This document shows, one piece after another, positions 11,202 through 20,823 of a stretch of DNA of 64,000 nt. Below the pieces are notes generated by a model, which saw only the letters and a list, made by a program, of their open reading frames with translations, was not told the DNA's origin and made no database searches. Both the position numbers and the translations under genes were made by a program. The first letter of the stretch is position 1; each line of letters opens with the position of its first letter. The DNA is from Deltaproteobacteria bacterium (lineage in GTDB: Bacteria; Desulfobacterota; BSN033; UBA1163), in NCBI GenBank assembly GCA_037444165.1, contig JBBIMX010000005.1:2679-66678 (forward strand), read 5' to 3'.

Positions 11202-11741
11202 GTGGTGTCTATCATTAAAGAGGTCAGGGTGAATCGTGAGATTCGGGCAAAGGAAGTGAGAGTGATTGATCCTGAAGGAAAACAGTTAGGAATATTACCA
11301 TTAGTGGAGGCCCTTCGAACAGCGGCTCAATATGATTTGGATTTGGTCGAAGTTTCCCCGAAATCGGAACCGCCCGTCTGCCGGATCATGGATTATGGGA
11401 AATTCAAGTATCAACAGAGTAAAAAGGCTCATGAGGCAAAGAAGAAACAGAGCATTGTTCATCTCAAAGAGGTTAAATTTAGACCCAAAACCGAGGAGCA
11501 CGATTTCCAATTTAAACTTCGTCATATCGAACGATTCTTAAAAGAAGGGAATAAAACGAAGGTGACCGTCCTTTTTCGTGGAAGAGAACTGGCTCATCCT
11601 GAGATGGGAAAGACCATCATGGAGCGAATCATTGAGGAGATGAAAGCCTACGGGAAAGTGGAGCAGATACCCAAATTCGAAGGGAGAAATTTTGTTATGG
11701 TTTTAGCTCCTCTTTCAAGCCAGAAGCCCTCTGCATCTTAA
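11202..11741 (+). CDS. infC: translation initiation factor IF-3 (start codon uncertain, probably non-AUG)
   Basis: VNREIRAKEVRVIDPEGKQLGI and the C-domain LKEVKFRPKTEEHDFQFK. The frame has no ATG near the SD GGAGG (11198-11202). Candidate starts are GTG 11202/11205, ATC 11211 and ATT 11214. Confidence 0.9.
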   Translation: MVSIIKEVRVNREIRAKEVRVIDPEGKQLGILPLVEALRTAAQYDLDLVEVSPKSEPPVCRIMDYGKFKYQQSKKAHEAKKKQSIVHLKEVKFRPKTEEHDFQFKLRHIERFLKEGNKTKVTVLFRGRELAHPEMGKTIMERIIEEMKAYGKVEQIPKFEGRNFVMVLAPLSSQKPSAS

Positions 11742-11763
11742 AGAATAGGGAAAGGAGGATAGG

Positions 11764-11961
11764 GTGCCAAAATTAAAGACGAATCGAGGAGCAGCAAAAC
11801 GATTTAAAAAAACCGCAACAGGAAAGATAAAGGCCAAGAAAGCCTTTGCCAGGCATATTTTGACCAAAAAGTCTTCTAATCGAAAGCGAAGCCTCCGGAG
11901 ACCTACATTCATTTCCCCCTCCGATCAGAAAGGGGTGAAGCGATTGCTTCCCTATGCTTAG
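11764..11961 (+). CDS. rpmI: 50S ribosomal protein L35
   Basis: [23 protein letters not shown]; 65 aa, GTG start after an AGGAGGA SD. Confidence 0.93.
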   Translation: MPKLKTNRGAAKRFKKTATGKIKAKKAFARHILTKKSSNRKRSLRRPTFISPSDQKGVKRLLPYA

Positions 11962-12034
11962 GTCTCTATAAGGTTGAAGAGAGTCAACATAGGGGAATCG
12001 GACAAACGGATCGTGATGGAAGGAGTAAAAACCA

Positions 12035-12391
12035 ATGGCAAGAGTTAAAGGTGGACCTAAGACCAGGAAAAGAAGAAAGAAGATTCTAAAGATGGCCAAG
12101 GGCTATGTGGGTGGAAGAAGGCGGCTCTATCGTACGGCGGTCGATGCTGTCCATCGAGCCCTTGTTTATGCCTATCGGCATCGTCGAGCTCGAAAGAGGG
12201 ACTTTCGAAGACTCTGGATCGCCCGAATTAATGCAGCAGCCCGGCTCCATGGTCTCTCCTACAGTCGATTGATGAGTGCCTTAAAGAAGGCCCATGTGGA
12301 GCTGGACCGAAAAATCTTGGCAGATTTGGCCGTCAGTGATCCCACGGCCTTCTCCAAAATTGCGGAAATGGCCAAATCAGGGCTCCCTTAA
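12035..12391 (+). CDS. rplT: 50S ribosomal protein L20
   Basis: [24 protein letters not shown]...; 118 aa, basic. Confidence 0.95.
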   Translation: MARVKGGPKTRKRRKKILKMAKGYVGGRRRLYRTAVDAVHRALVYAYRHRRARKRDFRRLWIARINAAARLHGLSYSRLMSALKKAHVELDRKILADLAVSDPTAFSKIAEMAKSGLP

Positions 12392-12410
12392 GGGGATTTT
12401 CAAAAGAAGG

Positions 12411-13436
12411 ATGGAATCTTTAAAGGAAATCCTTGATCGGATCTACCGTGAAACCTTAGAATCCCTCTCCAAGGCCTCTACCCAAAAAGAGGTCAATGAG
12501 ATTCGAGTTCAAGCCTTAGGAAAGAAGGGAAGTTTAACCCAAGTCCTCAAACAGATAGGATCCCTTTTAGAATCTGAAAGGAGAGAGATAGGAAGGAAGG
12601 CCAACCAGGTCAAAGAAGAACTGGAGAAGAGGATAGAAGAGGCCTTTCGGAGAATTGAAGAGAAGGAAAGAGAAGAAGCCTTCCTGAGAGAGAGAATCGA
12701 TGTGACCCTTCCCGGAAGGGCACTTATCTTGGGGAGAAAGCATCCTTTGACCCAAGTTCTCGACGAGATTGTAGATATCTTTGACCACCTGGGGTTTGAG
12801 GTGGTGGAGGGACCGGAGATCGAACTCGATTATTATAATTTCGAAGCCCTCAACATCCCTAAGGGTCACCCTGCCAGGGAGATGCAGGCGACTTTCTTCA
12901 TCTCGGATGAAGTCGTCCTGAGAACCCATACCTCTCCTGTTCAAGTTCGAACCATGGAGAAGAAGCGACCTCCCATTCGAGTCATCTGCCCAGGGGCTGT
13001 CTATCGTTGCGATTCCGATCCCACTCATTCTCCAATGTTTCACCAAGTCGAGGGCCTTCTGGTGGATCGAGGAGTGACCTTCGCTGACCTGAAGGGGGTC
13101 TTAACGGCCTTCGTTCATCAGATGTTTGGCAGGGACACAAAACTACGGTTTCGACCGAGCTTCTTTCCCTTTACGGAGCCGAGTGCAGAGATTGATATTG
13201 AATGTTTCATTTGTAAGGGCAAAGGATGTGGCGTCTGTGGATATACCGGATGGTTGGAGATTTTGGGTTCGGGCATGGTGGATCCAGCCGTCTATCAGTT
13301 TGTCAATTACGATCCAGAGGAAGTGAGTGGTTTTGCCTTTGGGATGGGGATTGAGCGGATTGCCATGTTGAAGTTTGGGATCAATGATATTCGACTCTTC
13401 TTCACAAACGATTTGAGATTCTTAAGACAATTTTAA
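12411..13436 (+). CDS. pheS: phenylalanine--tRNA ligase alpha subunit
   Basis: Class II motifs FRPSFFPFTEPSAE and GFAFGMGIERIAM. The start was moved to MESLKEIL (12411); the ORF-track extension overlaps rplT. Confidence 0.95.
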   Translation: MESLKEILDRIYRETLESLSKASTQKEVNEIRVQALGKKGSLTQVLKQIGSLLESERREIGRKANQVKEELEKRIEEAFRRIEEKEREEAFLRERIDVTLPGRALILGRKHPLTQVLDEIVDIFDHLGFEVVEGPEIELDYYNFEALNIPKGHPAREMQATFFISDEVVLRTHTSPVQVRTMEKKRPPIRVICPGAVYRCDSDPTHSPMFHQVEGLLVDRGVTFADLKGVLTAFVHQMFGRDTKLRFRPSFFPFTEPSAEIDIECFICKGKGCGVCGYTGWLEILGSGMVDPAVYQFVNYDPEEVSGFAFGMGIERIAMLKFGINDIRLFFTNDLRFLRQF

Positions 13437-13495
13437 ATCTCCCGATGGGATTTCTTGATTTCAATTTCATCATTTAAGACCACTCCATCAAAACG

Positions 13496-15904
13496 ATGAA
13501 AGTAAGTTTGAACTGGCTTAAGGATTATGTAGAGATACCAATGGGGATCGAAGAACTGGTCTATCTTCTGACCATGTCAGGACTCGAAGTGGAAGGAGTC
13601 TCCTCTACTGGAGAAGGTTTTAACAGGATCGTTGTGGCTGAAATTGAGTCCATTCGGAAGCACCCGAATGCAGATCGACTTTCATTGGTCCAGGTCAAGA
13701 CATCGGATCGAACCTTTTCTATTGTCTGTGGGGCAACCAACATTCGAGAGGGCCAGAGAGTTCCTCTGGCGCTGGTGGGGGCGCGACTCCCTAACGGAAT
13801 GGAGATTAAAAAATCGAAAATCAGAGGGGAGATTTCGGAGGGGATGCTTTGTTCAGAGATAGAGCTCGGATTGGGGCAGGATGCCTCTGGGATTATGATC
13901 CTTGATCCCCGAACTCCGATCGGAGTCAATTTGGCGGAAGCCTTAGGTCTAAAGGATACAATCTTAGAGATAAGCATTACACCGAATCGACCGGATTGCC
14001 TCTGTGTCATCGGGATTGCCAGAGAGATTGCTGCCCTGACCCATCAGAGGGTGAGATATCCTATCTCTACCCTGCCTTCCGAAGGAGAGGAGATTTATCG
14101 GAAGACCTCTGTGACCCTCCAGGACCCTGAGCTTTGTCCCCGTTACGTAGCCAGGATGATTGAAGGGGTAAGGATAGGTCCCTCCCCCTTCTGGATCAAA
14201 GATCGACTGGAGAAGGTGGGAATTCGTTCAATCAATAATGTGGTGGATGTGACCAATTATGTCATGATGGAGTATGGCCAGCCCCTGCATGCCTTTGATT
14301 TTGAAAGATTGGAAGAAGGAAGGATAGTGGTTCGTAGGGCAACCCCAGGGGAAGAGTTCATCACTCTGGATGGAGTGAAGAGAATTCTGGATGAAGAGAT
14401 GCTTATGATTTGCGATGGGGTAAAACCTGTGGCCATTGCCGGAGTGATGGGAGGCCTGAATTCAGAGATCCAAGAGGATACAAAGATTGTCCTATTGGAG
14501 AGTGCCTATTTTAATCCTGCCAATAATCGACAGACCTCCAGGAAACTTGGTCTCGAGACAGAAGCGGCCTATCGGTTCAGTCGAGGGATTGACTATGGAA
14601 GTTGCCTGAAGGTGGCCAACCGAGCTGCCCAATTAATCCAGGAGCTGGCAGGAGGAAGGGTCGTTGAGGGGGCCCTGGATGCCTATCCCAAGCCCATTGC
14701 CGATCGTCTGATTGATTTGAATCCCAAAAAGGTCAGACACTTCTTAGGGATGGAGATCCCGAACGAGAGGATCCAGCTCTATTTAGAAAATTTAGAGCTC
14801 CAAGTGGATCCGTCAGAGGAGAATCGATGGAGAGTCACCATCCCTTCATTTCGAGGGGACCTTGAACGAGAAGTCGATCTGATCGAAGAGGTGGCCCGAT
14901 TGGAGGGATACGAAAAGATTCCTTCCACCTTACCGAAAGGTCCTCCATCGGTGAGAGAGAAGAAAAGAAACACCTTCGTGGAAAAGAAGATTTATGAGAC
15001 CCTGATCCTCCATGGTTACCACGAAGTCATCTCCTATAGCTTTACTTCACCCTCCTCGCTCGATTCAATAGGGCTTCCCACAGGGGATCCCCGAAGAAAT
15101 ATGGTTCGAATTCTCAATCCAATCAGTGAGGAGGCCTCCGTGATGAGGACCTCTCTGATCCCTGGCCTTTTGGAGATAGCTCGCTATAATATCTCGAGAA
15201 AAAATTTGAATTTAAAAATTTTTGAACTCCGAAAGGTTTACTTTCCCAAACCAGAGGCCCTCCTTCCAGACGAGGTGACCTACCTTGCTGGATTGGCCAT
15301 GGGAATGGATCGAGAACCCCATTGGGCCTTTCCCTCACGGGTCATTGATTTTTATGACGTAAAGGGATGTCTGGAAGCTCTCTTCGAGAATTTAGGAATC
15401 AGGGGGATTCAGTTTATTGCAACCGAGGAGGTCCCCTATCTTCATCCGGGTCGGGCCTCTATCATTCTTGTTGGAAGCGAATCCTTAGGGGTTTTAGGGG
15501 AAGTCCATCCACAGGTGCTCCGTCACTATGAGATTTTAGGTAAAGCCTACCTCTTTGAGATCCAGTTTGACCCATTGGTGGCTTATGCAAAAGAGGAAAG
15601 AAAGTTTCATCCCTTACCTAAATACCCTTCTGTATTCCGAGATCTCTCGATTGTAGTGGACGATCAACTGGAGGTGGAAAGAATCCGCGAGGCGATTTAC
15701 TCCCTCCAGGAACCCCTTATCCATGAGGTCAATCTATTTGATGTGTATCGGGGCACTCCGATCCCTGAAGGGAAAAAAGGACTCTCCTTTCGAATTCGAT
15801 ATCAGGCTCCTGATCGAACCTTGACCGATGAGGAAGTGAATCACTCCATAGAGAAGGTCCTCTCCCATTTAAGGGAGATCTTTAAGGCAGAACTTAGACA
15901 ATAA
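13496..15904 (+). CDS. pheT: phenylalanine--tRNA ligase beta subunit
   Basis: MKVSLNWLKDYV start, tRNA-binding (OB), B3/4, B5 and FDX-ACB-like C-terminus; 802 aa. Confidence 0.95.
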   Translation: MKVSLNWLKDYVEIPMGIEELVYLLTMSGLEVEGVSSTGEGFNRIVVAEIESIRKHPNADRLSLVQVKTSDRTFSIVCGATNIREGQRVPLALVGARLPNGMEIKKSKIRGEISEGMLCSEIELGLGQDASGIMILDPRTPIGVNLAEALGLKDTILEISITPNRPDCLCVIGIAREIAALTHQRVRYPISTLPSEGEEIYRKTSVTLQDPELCPRYVARMIEGVRIGPSPFWIKDRLEKVGIRSINNVVDVTNYVMMEYGQPLHAFDFERLEEGRIVVRRATPGEEFITLDGVKRILDEEMLMICDGVKPVAIAGVMGGLNSEIQEDTKIVLLESAYFNPANNRQTSRKLGLETEAAYRFSRGIDYGSCLKVANRAAQLIQELAGGRVVEGALDAYPKPIADRLIDLNPKKVRHFLGMEIPNERIQLYLENLELQVDPSEENRWRVTIPSFRGDLEREVDLIEEVARLEGYEKIPSTLPKGPPSVREKKRNTFVEKKIYETLILHGYHEVISYSFTSPSSLDSIGLPTGDPRRNMVRILNPISEEASVMRTSLIPGLLEIARYNISRKNLNLKIFELRKVYFPKPEALLPDEVTYLAGLAMGMDREPHWAFPSRVIDFYDVKGCLEALFENLGIRGIQFIATEEVPYLHPGRASIILVGSESLGVLGEVHPQVLRHYEILGKAYLFEIQFDPLVAYAKEERKFHPLPKYPSVFRDLSIVVDDQLEVERIREAIYSLQEPLIHEVNLFDVYRGTPIPEGKKGLSFRIRYQAPDRTLTDEEVNHSIEKVLSHLREIFKAELRQ

Positions 15905-15932
15905 AGATTTCAATGAAAGGAGGAAGGAGGGT

Positions 15933-16241
15933 ATGACAAAGATTGATATTATCGAAGCCATTTATGAGAAAGTGGGTTTTTCCAAAAAAGAGGTCGCCAA
16001 GATTGTGGAAACGATCTTTGATATCATGAAAGAGCATCTCACTCGAGAAGACAAGATCAAGATCTCTGGTTTTGGAAATTTTGTTGTTCGAAATAAGAGG
16101 GCGAGACGGGGACGAAATCCCCAGACCGGAGATGATATTCAGATCACCCCCCGAAGAATTTTGACATTCAAACCCAGTCAGGTTCTGAAGGCGGCTATCA
16201 ATCGAAAAGAGACCCCTCCTCCAACCCCCTCTTCAGTTTGA
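15933..16241 (+). CDS. ihfA: integration host factor alpha / HU-family DNA-binding protein
   Basis: GFGNFVVRNKRARRGRNPQTGDDIQITPRRILTFKPS beta-arm. It sits directly after pheT, as in the E. coli himA arrangement. Confidence 0.85.
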   Translation: MTKIDIIEAIYEKVGFSKKEVAKIVETIFDIMKEHLTREDKIKISGFGNFVVRNKRARRGRNPQTGDDIQITPRRILTFKPSQVLKAAINRKETPPPTPSSV

Positions 16242-16258
16242 ATTAGGGGCTGTCTGAG

Positions 16259-16684
16259 TTGAACCGGCAGGCGGAAAGAGAGGTTCATCCCGTGCCGAGA
16301 GGATTCAAAAAAAGGGAGACTTCCATTCCTTCTGAGGATCGGCTTTATTATCGGATCGGTGAAGTCAGTCGGATTACAGGAATTAAGCCTCATGTCCTTC
16401 GTTATTGGGAGTCCGAATTTAAGATGATCAAACCTTATAAAGGGAGCAGCCTTCAACGGCTATATCGAAGGAAGGATCTGGAGCTCATCCTGAAAATCAA
16501 GAAACTCCTTTATGAAGAAGGATTTACGATTGCCGGAGCGAGAAAGAAGATCAGGGATATGGAGAAGGAGGAGATGAAAAAGGCGAAGCTGCAAGAGGCT
16601 GAAAAGCCCTCGAATGGAAGAAACCATGAGTTACTCCTCCGTATTCGGGAGGAACTCGACGGAATTCGAAAGATGTTAGGATAA
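16259..16684 (+). CDS. MerR-family transcriptional regulator
   Basis: [27 protein letters not shown] followed by a coiled-coil C-terminus. TTG start, exact start uncertain. Confidence 0.75.
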   Translation: MNRQAEREVHPVPRGFKKRETSIPSEDRLYYRIGEVSRITGIKPHVLRYWESEFKMIKPYKGSSLQRLYRRKDLELILKIKKLLYEEGFTIAGARKKIRDMEKEEMKKAKLQEAEKPSNGRNHELLLRIREELDGIRKMLG

Positions 16685-16764
16685 AAGAAAAAAACGAAGT
16701 GATGGGTTATAGTGATCTGGACTTTTTCAATGAAATTGAATATACTAATAGCTGAAAGAAAATT

Positions 16765-16842
<78 letters not shown>

Positions 16843-16860
16843 CTTCTTTTTGGATCACCG

Positions 16861-17616
16861 ATGGAAAATCGTCCTACCATCCTGGTTACGAATGACGATG
16901 GGGTTCATTCAGAAGGAATTCAGGCCTTGGCAAAGGCCCTCCAAGAGGTTGGAGAGGTCTATATCGTGGCTCCAGACCGAGAAGAGAGTGCCATTGCCCA
17001 TTCCCTTACCCTTCATCGTCCCCTCCGAGTAGAAAAAATAAGAAAGAATGTCTATACCGTGGATGGAACACCGGCCGATTGTATCCATCTTGGAGTCAAT
17101 GCCATTCTTCCAGAAAGACCGAGGCTCATTGCCTCAGGGATTAACAAAGGGGGCAATCTGGGGGATGATGTGACCTATTCAGGTACGGTCTCAGCCGCTT
17201 TTGAGGGGACCCTATTAGGCATTCCATCCTTTGCCATCTCTTTAGTTTCAAGAAGCCATTTTCGATTTCAGACTGCAGCCCGTTTTGCTGTTCGAGTGGC
17301 CCAAGCCATCCTCAAATATGGACTTCCAAAAGATACCCTTCTCAATATCAATGTTCCGAATCTAAAGGAAAAGGAGATTAAATCTTATAAAATTACAGAG
17401 CAGGGGAGATGGATCCATAACGGGAATGCGGTCGTTGAGAAGGTGGATCCAAGGGGAAAGAAATACTATTGGATTGGAGGGGGACAACTCCTCTTCAGTA
17501 AAAAGAGGAATACGGATGTGGAGGCCGTTCAGAATGCTTATATTTCCATCACTCCCCTTCACCTTGACTTAACCAATTATGGTTCCCTCCCTAAGTTGAA
17601 AAGATGGAAAATCTAA
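16861..17616 (+). CDS. surE: 5'/3'-nucleotidase SurE
   Basis: [14 protein letters not shown] and [21 protein letters not shown]. The start was set to ATG 16861 because the longer ORF-track version runs through the tRNA-Pro gene. Confidence 0.93.
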   Translation: MENRPTILVTNDDGVHSEGIQALAKALQEVGEVYIVAPDREESAIAHSLTLHRPLRVEKIRKNVYTVDGTPADCIHLGVNAILPERPRLIASGINKGGNLGDDVTYSGTVSAAFEGTLLGIPSFAISLVSRSHFRFQTAARFAVRVAQAILKYGLPKDTLLNINVPNLKEKEIKSYKITEQGRWIHNGNAVVEKVDPRGKKYYWIGGGQLLFSKKRNTDVEAVQNAYISITPLHLDLTNYGSLPKLKRWKI

Positions 17617-17653
17617 AAAAGATCAATCATTTCAATCATAAAAGGAGACGACG

Positions 17654-18754
17654 ATGAAAACGACACTCAGCGTAATTAAGGCAGACATTGGAAGTATTGG
17701 AGGACATATTCGTCCCAGTGAACGGTTGGTCGAGGCCGTTCGGAATTATGTGGCTGAAAAAGGAAAAGGGATTGTGACCGATTTTTATGTGAGTCATACC
17801 GGGGATGACATTGCCATTCTCTTTTCTCACACCCTGGGAAAGGGTAATGAGAAGGTCCACGGGTTGGCGTGGGATGCCTTTGTCGCTGGAACAAAGGTCG
17901 CTAAAGCTCAGGGACTCTATGGAGCAGGGCAGGACCTTCTGAAGGATTCCTTTTCTGGAAATGTGAAGGGGATGGGTCCTGCAGTGGCCGAGATGGAGTT
18001 CGAAGAGAGACCTAATGAGCCTTTCTTATTTTTTGCTGCTGATAAAACCGACCCTGGAGCCTATAACCTTCCTCTCTATTTGGCCTTCGCAGACCCCATG
18101 TATAATGCAGGACTCATCTTAAGTCCTTCCATGAATAAGGGGTTTCGATTTGTGATCATGGATGTCAATTATACAGAGGGGGATCGGGTCATTGAACTCA
18201 ATGCCCCTGAAGAACTCTATGACATCGCCGCCCTGCTCAGGGATAATCAGCGTTTTGTCGTTGAGGCGATCTATTCTCGAAATACGGGGGAGATTGCGGC
18301 GGCCGTAAGTACGACTCGCCTTCACAATATTGCAGGAAAATATACGGGTAAAGACGATCCCGTGATGCTGGTCAGGGTTCAGGGGGCCTTTCCCGCTACT
18401 GGAGAGGTCCTGGCTCCATTTAATATCGGTCATTATGTGGCGGGGTTTATGAGAGGAAGTCATACCGGACCCCTCATGCCTGTGAAGATCAACTCGGCCA
18501 TCTCCTTCTTTGATGGTCCACCCATCGTCGCCTGTCACGCCTTTTGTGTCCATGAGGGGAAGCTGACGGAACCTGCCGATGCCTTTGACCATCCTTACTG
18601 GGATTGGGTCCGGGATAGGGTTTCTCAGAAAGCGACCGAAATGAGGCAACAGGGATTCTCCGGGGCAGCGATGTTGCCTTATGGAGAACTGGAATATGGT
18701 GGCATCGTAGAAAAGATGAAAATCCTGGAGGGTCGATTCAAAGTCAGAAGTTAA
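17654..18754 (+). CDS. bifunctional fructose-1,6-bisphosphate aldolase/phosphatase (class V FBPase)
   Basis: MKTTLSVIKADIGSIGGH N-terminus, about 366 aa, YNLPLYLAFADPMYNAGL. This matches my recollection of the archaeal-type FBP aldolase/phosphatase family. Confidence 0.85.
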   Translation: MKTTLSVIKADIGSIGGHIRPSERLVEAVRNYVAEKGKGIVTDFYVSHTGDDIAILFSHTLGKGNEKVHGLAWDAFVAGTKVAKAQGLYGAGQDLLKDSFSGNVKGMGPAVAEMEFEERPNEPFLFFAADKTDPGAYNLPLYLAFADPMYNAGLILSPSMNKGFRFVIMDVNYTEGDRVIELNAPEELYDIAALLRDNQRFVVEAIYSRNTGEIAAAVSTTRLHNIAGKYTGKDDPVMLVRVQGAFPATGEVLAPFNIGHYVAGFMRGSHTGPLMPVKINSAISFFDGPPIVACHAFCVHEGKLTEPADAFDHPYWDWVRDRVSQKATEMRQQGFSGAAMLPYGELEYGGIVEKMKILEGRFKVRS

Positions 18755-18805
18755 ATTACGACCATCCACTTCGGACCTAAAAGCCATCTCTTTATTCCAT
18801 ACCCT

Positions 18806-20155
18806 ATGAGCGTAAAATTAGTCTATCTCGAAACCTATGGTTGTCAGATGAATGAACATGACTCGGAGCAGATGCTCTGGCTCCTGGAGAGATACGATTA
18901 TCTTCCTACCCAAAAACCGGAGGAGGCGGACCTTATCCTCATCAATACCTGCAGTGTTCGAGAAAAACCTGAACATAAAGTTTATAGTGCCTTAGGGAGA
19001 TATAAAAAGATAAAAGAGAAGAAAAGGAAGGCCATTCTTGGAGTGGCAGGATGTGTGGCTCAGCAGGAAGGAGAAAGGCTTCTTCAAAGGGTTCCCTACT
19101 TAGATATGGTCATTGGTACTCAGGCCATTCCTCTACTTCCCCAGCTCATCGAGCGAGTTGAAATGAAAGGAGAGAGGGTTTGTGAGACCTCCCTTGATCA
19201 AAGTGAGGAGTATTTAAGGGCCATCCTTCCTCAGAGGGATTTCTCCAGGGTTAAATCCTATGTGACCATCATGCAGGGCTGTAACCACTTCTGTTCTTTC
19301 TGTATCGTTCCTTATGTGAGGGGGAGGGAGAGGAGTCGGCCCAGTGAGGAGATTTTAGAGGAGATAAACCATCTGGTTCGAAGAGGGGTGAAGGAGGTCT
19401 GTCTCCTTGGCCAAAATGTGAATGCCTATGGAAAAGGAAGGGAAGGAGAGATAGGATTTTTAGAGCTTCTGGAAAGAATCAATGAAATAGAGGGTCTTGA
19501 GCGGATTCGTTTTACTACCTCTCATCCAATGGATCTCTCAGAAGAATTGATTCAGGCCTACGGCAGGCTTGAAAAACTATGCGAACATATTCACCTTCCC
19601 TTTCAATCAGGGTCAGATAGGATCCTGAAGGCGATGCATCGGGGCTATACTCGGGCCTCCTATCTTGAAAAGGTCGAGCGTCTGAGGGAAGTTTGCCCCC
19701 CCATTGCCATTACAGCAGATGTCATTGTCGGGTTCCCGGGAGAAGAAGAGAGAGACTTTGAGGAGACCCTTTCCCTCATCCAAAAGGTTCAGTTTGATGA
19801 TCTCTTCTCTTTTAAATATTCCCCAAGAAAAGGAACACGAGCCGAAGGGTTTGATCATCAGGTCAAGGAGGAGACCAAACAGAGGCGTCTGGCTATCCTT
19901 CAGAACCTTCAGAAGGAGGTGACCTTAAGAAAGAACAAGGCCTTAGAAGGAAGGGTTGAAGAAGTCCTGGTCGAGGGTCGAAGTAAACAGGATGAGCAAG
20001 AGGTCATGGGAAGGACTCGAACCAATAAGATCGTTAACTTCCGAGGGAGTTCCGATCTGGTCGGAAAGTTGGCTTCGGTGAGAATTACTCAGGGCTTGGC
20101 CCATTCCCTTCGAGGGGAACTCGCGGGATTAGGTGTGTTTCATGACGATGCTTGA
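18806..20155 (+). CDS. miaB: tRNA-2-methylthio-N6-dimethylallyladenosine synthase
   Basis: UPF0004 N-domain ETYGCQMN, radical-SAM CNHFCSFCIVP, TRAM C-terminus. Confidence 0.93.
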   Translation: MSVKLVYLETYGCQMNEHDSEQMLWLLERYDYLPTQKPEEADLILINTCSVREKPEHKVYSALGRYKKIKEKKRKAILGVAGCVAQQEGERLLQRVPYLDMVIGTQAIPLLPQLIERVEMKGERVCETSLDQSEEYLRAILPQRDFSRVKSYVTIMQGCNHFCSFCIVPYVRGRERSRPSEEILEEINHLVRRGVKEVCLLGQNVNAYGKGREGEIGFLELLERINEIEGLERIRFTTSHPMDLSEELIQAYGRLEKLCEHIHLPFQSGSDRILKAMHRGYTRASYLEKVERLREVCPPIAITADVIVGFPGEEERDFEETLSLIQKVQFDDLFSFKYSPRKGTRAEGFDHQVKEETKQRRLAILQNLQKEVTLRKNKALEGRVEEVLVEGRSKQDEQEVMGRTRTNKIVNFRGSSDLVGKLASVRITQGLAHSLRGELAGLGVFHDDA

Positions 20156-20758
20156 AATGATATTAGCGGCTTCGTCCCCACGATCGGCCGCGTTGCTGAG
20201 ATGACGATAGATCTCTCTCATCTTCAACATATAGATCGTATCTTGTCCCTTAAAGAGGTCAGCCAGGGCATGATGATAGGCTTTTTCCATCTGGTTCTCG
20301 TAAGATTTCGCTTTGACTGCATGCTCTGATGCGATCTTTGGATAGTCCTTCAAAATCTTTACGGCGTCGTTTAATTCTCTGGCTGCCTTTCTGAGAATGT
20401 TGACCATCTCTTTGATATGTTCGTCCCCTTTGACCTGGTAGATCTCCATTTCGTCCACCGTCGTATTCGCGTAATCCAGCACATCGTCAATAGCCCGGGA
20501 GAGGGCATAGATATCTTCCCGATCGATGGGCGTAATAAAAGTGCTGTCCAGTTCCTCTATCAGAATCCTTCTTAATTCGTCGGCTTCTCGCTCGATTTTA
20601 CGAACCATATTGGCACTTTCCCGGGATCCATCCTCCACATATTGAAAGAGGGCTTCCAATCCTTCCACCGATTTTGCAGATTGTTGGGAAAGCATCTCAA
20701 AGAAACGGCTCTCTCCACTGGAGAACGGTTTTTTCTTTTTAAAGAATCCTAATGGCAT
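20129..20758 (-). CDS. DUF47 / PhoU-like phosphate-transport accessory protein
   Basis: A helical protein with FITPIDREDIYALSRAIDDVLD and a second repeat REIYRHLSNAADRGDEAAN, located just downstream of a PiT gene. The start was set at MPLGFF (GGGAG SD). Confidence 0.75.
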   Translation of the reverse strand: MPLGFFKKKKPFSSGESRFFEMLSQQSAKSVEGLEALFQYVEDGSRESANMVRKIEREADELRRILIEELDSTFITPIDREDIYALSRAIDDVLDYANTTVDEMEIYQVKGDEHIKEMVNILRKAARELNDAVKILKDYPKIASEHAVKAKSYENQMEKAYHHALADLFKGQDTIYMLKMREIYRHLSNAADRGDEAANIISSIVMKHT

Positions 20759-20823
20759 TTTTTTCTCCCTTCTTCCTCCTTGACCCTTCTTCAAAGAGAA
20801 GAGGCCTCATGGGGAGGAGAGAA

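Noticed and set aside
11962-12034. 73-nt rpmI-rplT spacer as an L20 autoregulatory structure
   Set aside because: Only a 5-bp stem (GTTGA/TCAAC) is visible. In the known E. coli system the L20 operator lies upstream of rpmI, not between the two genes.
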